Assembly: GCA_040954595.2 (NCBI GenBank)
Contig: CM082583.2
Coordinates: forward strand, 8,120,849 to 8,184,848
From: Balanoglossus misakiensis
Lineage: Eukaryota; Animalia; Hemichordata
Direction of reading: 5' to 3'
Length of the DNA stretch: 64,000 bases
The notes below the pieces were generated by a model, which saw only the letters and a program-made list of their open reading frames with translations, was not told the origin of the DNA and ran no database searches. How positions within the stretch are numbered: position 1 is the stretch's first letter; every line of letters begins with the position of its first letter. Below, piece by piece: positions 54,323 through 64,000 of this stretch. Both the position numbers and the translations under genes were made by a program.

Positions 54323-57300
54323 ATGGCAGCCCACATGTGCAGGCGTGCCGCTTCGAATCTGAAAAAGTTGTGTAATTCGCCAAATTTTACAGGTTGGTAA
54401 CCTATCTAGCGTCTTTTATAGCCATTCCTCCGACAGTGGATGATCCGTCCGAACGTTTCCAAGCCGTTTAACAACTTGTCATAACAGTCCATACACTGAT
54501 TCTTGCATGTGTGTACGTGTATGTATGTTGTGTATCGGACATTGACAACCCGTTATGTAAATTGTATTAACACTGCAGTGTATACAGGACCGCTATGCGG
54601 TGGGGACGAAACAGGTCTCAGCAGAATGACGTTTATCGAATTGTGAGCGTTTTGTAAATGCGTTGTTTTAATTTTAACACCTTTTGCACAAAGCATCTGC
54701 TCCAGCAAGTCACCATCCTCAGTTATGTAGTGCGCCCTCAACGATTTTTGAAATTTATTCTGCCCCCCCCCCCCCCCCACATCAACTCTTGAATGTCATT
54801 TTTACTGTACTTTTGATTTCATCTATGCTGTTTGCTTTCACCCAGTTCAGAAAATTAGAACACTCCTATCAGATGCATATTACTGCAATGCTGCATGGGA
54901 CCAAAGAAGCAGATTACCTGCTAGTTTAGGTAAGTACTAGTTTTATAAGTATACTTAATTAAATACATTTAGGACACCTGTCCAAGGAGATGTTTTCAAA
55001 GTTCAGCAATTATGGGAGCATAAAGTGCAATCTTAAAATGAAACCAGTGTATTTTCATTCATTAAAAGCATTTCTTGATTTTTGTTCTGACAAGGTGAAT
55101 TGACAAAAAAGATTGAAGCCAAATTCAACATGAAGGAACCCGAAAAATATCCAGTGGCTTCTGTTGACATTGACACAGTAAGTAATCCTTAGCCATGTGG
55201 AGCTTTACTTGTTTTAAACATTTGGAATACTATTTGGTACACGCTAGTGAAATGTTGATGACCTAGGGCATGACCTTATGAGCCCAAATAGCTCTGCCTC
55301 TGATTGGTTGAACCTTGAGCCATAACCCAGACTGAAGAACTTGACTTGTCTTTTCTTGCATACAAACTTCTTTTGGCACAGCAGGACTTTCCCAGTGAAA
55401 GTATTCAGAGTGATGTCAAAAGTTTTTCTTGCAAGGCTGATTTCGACTTAATATCTCTCCATCTTTCAGTTTGTCAATAATGTGGAGACAGAAGATCAAT
55501 TGGACCAAGCCAAGGAGTTTCTTTATAAGTAAGTCACATGTCTGTCAAAAATGCAAAGTGAAGTTCTGCTTGTTTAAATTTACCAAAGGTCCTGACTTCT
55601 AATGAAGTAATGAGGGGATTGTTACAAGGGTCAGTATTTACATGTTACACTTTATCTATAGAAGTTTTTTATAGATGCTGGTGTACAACAATAAACAAAT
55701 TTCCGCTTGTCTCCCTTATTTGCAATGCAGGTACAGACATTCTCCTGTTGCATTCTATTTGAGAGATTTCACAGTTCACGCGTGGATACGCATGTGTTTA
55801 AAACTGGGGGCAGTAGACCAAGCCTTTGCCACAGTTCAAGACAAGGTAAGAGCATTTATCTGCTTTTGTGGAAGTTTTAGCCACCTACTGTATGGTTCAG
55901 TACTGAGCACAAAGAATAGAAGTGAAGAAGGGAAAATATGATTCATGTGGCATTTTCTGAGACTTTTTATGTGTTTATTTGCATCCTAGGTACATTATGG
56001 TTTGTTTCCAGACAATTACAGTTTCAATTTAATCCTGGACACTTACATCAAAGCTGGGGATTTCAAAAGTAAGAGCTCATTTTTCTTGTCATTTTGAAGT
56101 TTCTCTCATAATCCTAAGTAAATACGTAGTTTGTTCTGTAATATTGACACTGTCTGCTGATTTCTGTCTTTGTTTGTGATAGATGCTATCAATGTTGCCA
56201 TAGAAATGATGCTTCAAGAAGTGTTGGAGCCCGGACAAGATTTGTCTCAGTTATTAGCTCTCCATACGTGTCACCAATATCTGAACAGTGGTGAGGACAT
56301 TGAGGTAATATGTGTTGTCAATGTCATGTGTTAATGCCATGTGTAATGTCAAGGTTACACAAAGAACTAAAAAAATGTGATATTCTTGTAACAGAACAAC
56401 TACTGTTTTGGCACCAAACTGAGACTGGTTATTACCTTCCAAAATATAGGTGCCGTCCTAGACCAGGTAGGCTGTCAACACCCTGTTAAAAATGCACTGA
56501 CAAAATGAATAGCTCCGTTGGTCAACCTTTCTTGTACTCTGCAGGATGAGATGAGAAAACAAATTGGAATGACTCTGATTGACTGCACAAGGGGACACGA
56601 TCACGTGGTGGCCAGGACCTATCACCTGATTGGCCATGCCATGATTGGAGACACAGAGAAAACAGTGAGGGCGCTGTCGAAGATGGTAGATTCTGAGTCC
56701 TCTCCATGCTTACTCCAAGAAGCAGTAAGTAAATGCAGTTTATTTTTGTACCAGTATTTTGCTTGTGGTGAATAAAAAAAACCAAGATTTTCACCACTCC
56801 CCAATCTTATCTCACACTTTCTAGATTGACAGTCTGAGGGAAGCGTATCTAAGCAGTGATCTGAATCAGGAGCAAGAGGAAGATGATGGTGTTATCCTTT
56901 ATGATGTAAAGGCCGAAAAAGAGTTACTGAACAAATTACAGGTAAATAATATGTATGCAGGTAAATTATCTGCTGAGCCACTTCTATACCGAAATTGTTT
57001 AGCTCAAATAACTTCCATGGCTATATTAGCCTGATGTTTTCTCCTCGTGTGAAAGTCTTACAAGTTGATTGTTGTATTCCATTCATGGCAGGACCTAGTT
57101 GAGAGTTTGGCAAAAGACAGCGTGACTGACGGCAAACTCAGTGAAATGGCAGAACCGTACATCGCAGGCCAGATCTCAGACTTGGAGAGGCCACACATCG
57201 AGAGCTACCCTGCCTTGCTTGAAGACAAATACCAAGACGCCAAGGCGAGTCTGGAGAAACAGATTGCCTCCCGGGAAGCCAGGATAGCCGGGAAGGCGGC

Positions 57301-57427
57301 CCGGGAGAGGGAAATATGGAAGTTGATGATCGGCACCCCCGGTGAGCCTCTGCCCCCACCACCAACACTGACAGAGGAGGATAAGAGGATAATTGCCAAG
57401 CAAGAAAAATATATTTATGAAGATTAG
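54323..57427 (+). CDS. MRPS27: Mitochondrial ribosomal protein S27 (mS27, PPR protein)
   Basis: MAAHMCRRAAS presequence; [73 protein letters not shown]; last exon ends EKYIYED*; AATAAA at ~57653. Confidence 0.92.
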
Positions 57428-57961
57428 TTTGGTGGTTTTGAAGGTGTGAGGTTATCAACGGGGCAGCCTTGCATCTGGACTCAAATTTTGATGCAAGTAC
57501 AGCTGTCGAGCAACAGTGGAAAGAAATGTGGAAAGGATCTCATGCTCTCTGATAAGGCCAAAGTTGGAACAAACATGACAATTTTCAAACTTTTTGACAG
57601 AGCAAGAGAGTACCAAGTCAACCAACACCATTACTGGCACCATATTGGTACAAATAAAGTTCCCCTGTATTCCCCAAACTAGAAATGGGTGAAAGATATG
57701 ATGCTATCTACATAGAAATTTTCAAATTAAAAGTAAAGCCATTAGCCAATTATCATTTTCTCATGTTGAATTTTATTCATCGAGTTGATTTCAACACGTG
57801 TTTAGACAAAAGACTGTTTTACAGTACAGGACCAGTGTTATCTGTTCTCAGCTTGAGTAGGAATCACTGCGGTGTAAATGTACAAAGGCACAGACAGGGA
57901 CATCACATGCTTTTCCTCGTCAGGATTCTCAGACAGTCAATTCAACATGAATCATGGGATA

Positions 57962-60900
57962 TTAGGTTGCTGTTGTAGCCAGCTGCAGTAACATTTCTTG
58001 ACCTGGGTCACAACCCTTCTCTGCTTCATCCAACAAGAACTGAAAAATGGCAAGAAAATCCATGATAGTAATTTAATTCAAGAAAGATTTTATTTCTTAT
58101 GAAATGCAGCTTTACTATTATTCGCAAACTGATATTTCAATAGTTAAACAAAATTTGCCTAGTTTTTCAGTACATGAACGCAAGCCCAATAACATTGCTT
58201 TTGCTGAAATATCAACACAGTTTTTGCGCACTTGCCTGGATTGCTTCACTGTCATTCTTTTCTACAAAGATCTTCATCAGATAGTATCTGGCTACTGACA
58301 CACTGTGATCGGTGGCAATTGCTGTCACTTGTTGCAGGTTTCGCTTTGCTTGCCTGCAATGAACAGAATAGGCATCCTTAGTGTCAAAAACAAGTTGAAC
58401 CTTGATCCAATTGTACAGGAATCATCTTTGTGAAATGAGTTTAAACACACACCTGTGATTTTTACTGTTGAATTGGAGAATTCCCAGTATGAGAAGAGCT
58501 GCAGTGCATTGTGGGTCAAGTTTCAAGGCTTCAGCAGTGGCTTGCTGGCACAGGGCTGTCCATTTGTCTGTGGTGGTGTCACCAGGCTGCGAAAAAAATT
58601 CAAACATCAAAAGTGTGAGTTGCTCTCTATCCAAACATCAGAGAGAACCAAAAGCAGTAAGCAAGATTCAAAACTTGCATTGTGTCACCAGATGTCATAC
58701 TCACCACTGACAACTTCAAAGCCAAGTAAGCCAACCTCACTAATGGCACTGTCTTAGCCGACTTGGAAACTTGGAGCATCTGTCTGTAACACGTCTCTGC
58801 TGCGACCATCATGCCTTGCGAGCAGTAGACTTCTGCAAGTGTCTGGTCAGTAACAAAACAAATTAACGACAGATGAGAGATGACAGACACTTGTCACTTT
58901 TCTGATAGCAATTTTGGTTTTTACAGAAAGCATGATTTTTTGAAAACCTGTGACATGAAGGTGATCCTACCATACTTTGCAAATGACAACCCGCTGGCCT
59001 GTGCCATAGGTCACCAGGGGGTCAGGGTTCAAAGGTTAATATATTCAGTGTCATCGTCTCACCTGCCAGGCATGCCCTGCTGCCGCTTCTCTCAGCACCG
59101 CATTTCTAATCAGTTCAACCTCACTCCCGTTCAGTGGACCTCCATCAACTTTTTCACAGACAGCAATCTTTGCATCCAGTAGTTCAAGCTGAGATAGGAA
59201 TTGGGGCTGCGATGTGTACATAGACTTGATCTGATTTTTGAATAAAAATACATTGATTACTTGTTAAAACTCAATTTGCGACAGAATTCACTCACTTCAA
59301 GACTGCGACTACAGTTTCGGAAAGCTCCTATTATGTTATTGCATACTAGACTTACCCTTTGAATGAAATCCTTAGCTTTGCTGTAGTTCTGCGACAGCAA
59401 TAAACTCTCGACGGTCTGCTTAGCTGCCCACTGTAGCAACTGTTGGCCACGAACTTGATTGGTGCCCTCTGCTGCCATACTTTCCCCTGGATGCGTGGCA
59501 AATATAACATGTGAATACTTTGATGAGTCTCTCATCATACAAAAATATCTGCAGTAAATGAAGGCCAACAAACTGGAGAACACATGCAAAATGAAAGCAC
59601 CCTGACAGCTGACTACTTACCTCGCTGCAGAACAAACTGGGAAAGTGTTGTGTTCAAGTTTCCCCCACGGCGATCTTTCTGCTTCATGAACTTTGACCTC
59701 ACTCCATCGGCATAGCAACTGGCACTGAGTAAGACCCAGTGATTGGTTTCACCTATAGACATCACACAGCCAAGATTTGATGGTGAAAAAAATGACACAT
59801 GACAAAATGTTGAAATCTAAATCTAAATATTAAAACTAACACACTGACATAGGCATGAATTGATACTTTTTATCAAGCGACTGTGAGATTGCATGAAGCC
59901 CCACTGTGATCCTCTTACCTGGATAAAGATGTACCATTTTCTGAGCAGTTTTGAGAGTGTCCTTGTTTTTGTCTTTGTTGCTGTGTTTCCCAGCATTCAG
60001 CTGAGACAATGCAAATGTTGCTGAGTTCTGAAAAGGGATTGTGCTTGATGTTATAGTGTCATAAGAGTCATGGAGGATAGTGAATGGTGAAGTCTGTCAG
60101 CTACTTCCATTATGACAGTGTCATTATCGATAACGGCAAAGATAAAAATCAGGGGGATTATTTACCTACCTTTGATACAGTGAAATCTTTCAGGTTGGCT
60201 AATTCAGAACAGACTGCAGCATTCTGAAAAAATAAAATGATCAGAACTGAAGTTCTTTTGCAGAGTTGAAATGATTAAGTGCTCCCTTTTATGCCATTGG
60301 ATTTGGGCTGTAACATTATCTGAGTGAGAAGTTACAAGCATGATTTCAACTTGGGTATATGGGTAGATACAATCATGTTCTCCACACAGATTGTTCTACT
60401 CTTAGATAGCTATGATAATAACTTAAAAATAATTCAAATTGTTGACATACCTCAGCTTTGCTTGGCATATACTGAATGATGAACTTGGCAGCCTGTTGCC
60501 ATAGATTGGCTCTCCATGGACATCTGCAATACATGTTAACTGTTACTGACCAAGCCAGGCTTTTTTTAGTTTTTGTGTGGTTGCCGCCACCTGTCTCCTC
60601 CAACATTATTTTTACAACTGAAAGCTAGAAGAATCTTACAACTTACATACCTGTGTATGGCTTTCATGATTTGATTCTTTGCTATGTTGTAACTTCCCTG
60701 CATTGGAAAAAAAATTGTCAAGGTGATTTGTGAAAATATGCTATTTCACAAGGCTTTTCAGAATAAACCCTGAACATAAAAATGTTTATTTTTTTCTCAG
60801 TACATGTATCAGGTAAGACCAGATTACCATCACAAAATTGAATGAGACAAACCTGCATAACGTAGAGGCATGAGGTCAAAAAGCAGATATCTTCAGAGTA

Positions 60901-63900
60901 TTTCTCATCACTGCCCAGTTTGAGAAGTTCTCCTAGAGCAGCTGCAGCAAGTGTGAAGTCACGTTGGTCAAGGGCAAAGGCACAGAGGGCCAGTATTCCC
61001 TCGATGCAAGGTGGCGATACTTGAGAGCTGAATGAGAATGGTTTATCAAGTTAGACACAACGAATGACCATATTCAATCAAATGGGATTTTCTTTCATCA
61101 ATTCAAAGAAACAGAATTGTTGGATTTTATGAGGAAAATTGGCAATTCTTGGACTCAAGAAAAATGCATGCACACAATGTCAATACTAACCACTTGAACA
61201 GCAGAGTTTTGGCTCTGTCTTTCTGGTTAAATTTATACGCCACAATTCCCATGGCAGCAAGAACTTTGGATTTCTCTTCACTGCTGCTGGCCAATTGCAA
61301 GGCTTGCTCGTAGGCTGCAAAAGAGTACATGAGCTTATTTTCAGCATTGCTACTGTGCAAAATATGAATTCAAGTCAGGACTAGAAATTATTTGTCAACA
61401 ATAACAATGGTAGTTACACACACAGGCTGGAAAGAAACTTTACCTTGATAACTTTCTTGGAGTTGGTTGGATTTGTAGAGAGCCATTGCCAATCCACAGA
61501 TATCGTGGAAGTCACTGAGTGGACTGATGGACTGGTACTGCTTGACTGCCTCAGTGTACTTGCCAGTTGTGCTGAAATCAAAATCTGGAGATTATAAAAT
61601 CTGCAACCTGCAAGTAATTTATTGGATATACACACCAACCGACAGCTAGTACTAGATAGATAGACAGTTAGATAGATAGATCAGAAAATGATTTGAAAGG
61701 CTTACCACAGCATTCGGGCATAGTTTGACAGTGCCATGTTTAATCTATCTTTGTCTGCATTCTTCTGTAGGAGATTCACAGCTCTGAAATGACATTCGAA
61801 ATGGAAAAGTGAGAAAAAAAACAGCAAAAAATAAAAATTGTAAAGTGAACAAAAATGCCAATTATCGAATATGATCTAGCTTCAAAGATGACCCCCGACC
61901 ACAACTGCTATATCAAACCACGTAATCCTTACGTACTCATACCAACATTCAACTGACGTGTCGCCAAATGGTGAGCACAATCAAATTTGTACTCTACCTG
62001 GCAAACATTGACTCTGCTTGTCTGTACAATCCTTCTTCTTCCAGAAGTAGGCCGTGGATGTTACTGGCGGTCGGATCATCCTGCTTACGATCTGACGGTA
62101 AAACACAACATAATCAGGTCAACTAAACAAAGGACAATTTCTCATATCAGTGTCAAAGATGGTGAATACAAATATAATTTTACCTGTGTATTTTCCTATA
62201 GCCACAGCAGCAGAAGTGACTGCTCCCATTTGTACAATGTTATACTTGTAAAGCTCAGAACTTTTGTCAATTGTCTTTCCAAATACACTGCTGCAGACCC
62301 AATGTGCGTAACCAAGGGAACCTTCCAGCTGTGAAAATTACAATGTCACTGTTAAGTCATGTCTTGTACATATATAGTTACATTTATGAACACTATATTT
62401 GGTGTGCATGACAGTTGTTGTGACTTAATCCATGAATATAAAACTTACATGAGTTGCCAGTTCTGTGGTGTGTCTAAACAAATCCATGGCTTCTTCACTG
62501 CCAATAGTTTCCGCAACCAATGCCTTGGATGGAAAAAAAAGACAGGTTAGACTAAAATATCGCACGTGCCAGTGTTTGCTTTGGGATTACAAAGTTCTGA
62601 GAGCTTCTGAATAGCATGCAACACTACAGCCTTCAGAGTCAATAAAAGAGAAAGATTTACCTGTCCAATCCAGCATGCAACATAGGACGGCTCTAATGAC
62701 TGAGCAGTTTTGAATGCTTTGTGTGCTAATTCTATTTGATGATGGCTATAGTAGAGGGCACCCAGGTTTGTCCAGGCTACAACATTCTGGAAGCGAAATG
62801 AAACATGATACAAATCATCTTCATCTTCACTATCATCATCATCATCATCGTCATCGTCATCGTCATCATCATCATCATCATCACCACCACCACCACTAGT
62901 TGAACAATATTGTCTATCACAGAGGCAAATTATCAGAACCATTATGATTACTACAATTTGACTTACATTATTCTCTGCATGAATTGATTTGATGAATGCA
63001 TGTTGGGCCAACTTTGGGTTGTCTATTACTGCAAAGACAAAAAACAGGCAATCACATTAAATATAAGCAAATTATGTATTACAACCTGAATTTTCTGAGA
63101 TAATATCTTTGATTATACTCACATTTTGTTGCTGCCATCAGACCCAGGGCATTCCAGTGGAGGTGGTTGTTGACATCCAACGACACAGCTTTTTGCAAAC
63201 ACTACAAACCAACAGAGAGATTTATTCAAGTCAGCTCGGAAAAATAATTTGCAACAGCAAAAATTATGCATATGCAGACAAAACTGACCAATGGAATACA
63301 TGTACAAAAAAAATGACAAACAATAAACACCAATCACCTGCACAGCTTTCTTGGCCAGCTCCAAACATTCATTGCCATCAGCGTCCTCTTCCTGTGATTG
63401 TCTGAAGTAATTCACACCCAGATCGTGCCACAGATTACTCGTGTCTGGTTTCAAACTCAGGGCTCTGCCATAACACCTACAAGGTACAACCAAGATTTAC
63501 TAATGAAGAGTGAATGCACTCCTTCATTGAACTAAGGTATCCGGAGGGAACATGGGACATGAGTGAACACTTCAAATTGTTAGCATGAGCCTCGAAAAAT
63601 CAAAGTCTTCAACTTTTTATGCCATGCTGGACTCTGTTGGTTGACCACGGAACTTACTTGGCTCCGAGTGTCAAGACTTCCATTTTCCCCATGGTAATCA
63701 CCTGCTCCTCTTGCAATCCCCTCTCAAGTAAACTCTTGGGTACATCGATCCTGTCAGAGGGAACAAAGAACAACAGAAATGCAAGACAGTTGATCCAGAT
63801 GTCAAACATCTATCCTCTTTCAATTAATGTCAAAATTTACATTCGCCACCCACATAACGAGGCAACATGCAAAATATAAAACTGAATTGTTGCAGTAATC

Positions 63901-64000
63901 ACAAATTGTACATTGTACCTTACAAGCTGTTTGTCCAGTGAATGGATGACAGTACAAGCATCGCCAAGTAGCTTCCAGAGACAGGACACGTCGGGTCTGT
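57962..64000 (-). CDS. SKIC3: SKI3/TTC37 superkiller complex TPR subunit, 3' part (5' end beyond window)
   Basis: TPR exons [88 protein letters not shown]; C-terminus [21 protein letters not shown]|[25 protein letters not shown]. Confidence 0.93.
58040..58235 (-). other. GC-AG intron (last intron of SKIC3)
   Basis: Minus strand CAG|GCAAGT donor and ttcttgccatttttcag acceptor; phase 0 join keeps the frame to TAA at 57962. Confidence 0.8.
62815..62897. repeat. Compound (CAT/CGT/CAC)n microsatellite in a SKIC3 intron
   Basis: Trinucleotide run inside intron 62787-62966. Confidence 0.9.

Noticed and set aside
62714-62899. Poly-histidine ORF
   Set aside because: Opposite-strand reading of an intronic microsatellite in SKIC3.
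1-64000. tRNA, rRNA, CRISPR arrays, intact transposase or reverse-transcriptase ORFs
   Set aside because: None recognisable by eye; short decayed repeats cannot be excluded without a repeat library.

Overview
Eukaryotic, gene-dense, intron-rich DNA, most likely from an invertebrate bilaterian; the species cannot be named from the sequence alone. Left to right: probable 5' untranslated exons of an unidentified minus-strand gene (1-8.5 kb); a CpG-rich intergenic stretch with patchy coding-like frames; SAXO/FAM154 (-) head-to-head with EFL1 (+); three tandem secreted type-B carboxylesterase genes (-), the first frameshifted; glucose-6-phosphate 1-epimerase (+); two tandem 3-exon genes (-) encoding an unrecognised 185-aa secreted 8-Cys protein; ARIH1 (-); PTCD2 (-) head-to-head with MRPS27 (+); and the 3' part of SKIC3/TTC37 (-). 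Most interesting: (1) the epimerase stop is TGA-C followed in frame by L-A-R-L-stop and a stem-loop, a candidate readthrough-encoded cryptic peroxisomal (PTS1) isoform; (2) the orphan secreted protein pair; (3) a U12-type intron in EFL1 with a competing U2-type acceptor that duplicates the exon start; (4) ancient microsynteny with human 15q24-25 and 5q13-15. Exon coordinates were derived by hand and gene names by recalled similarity, not by database search.
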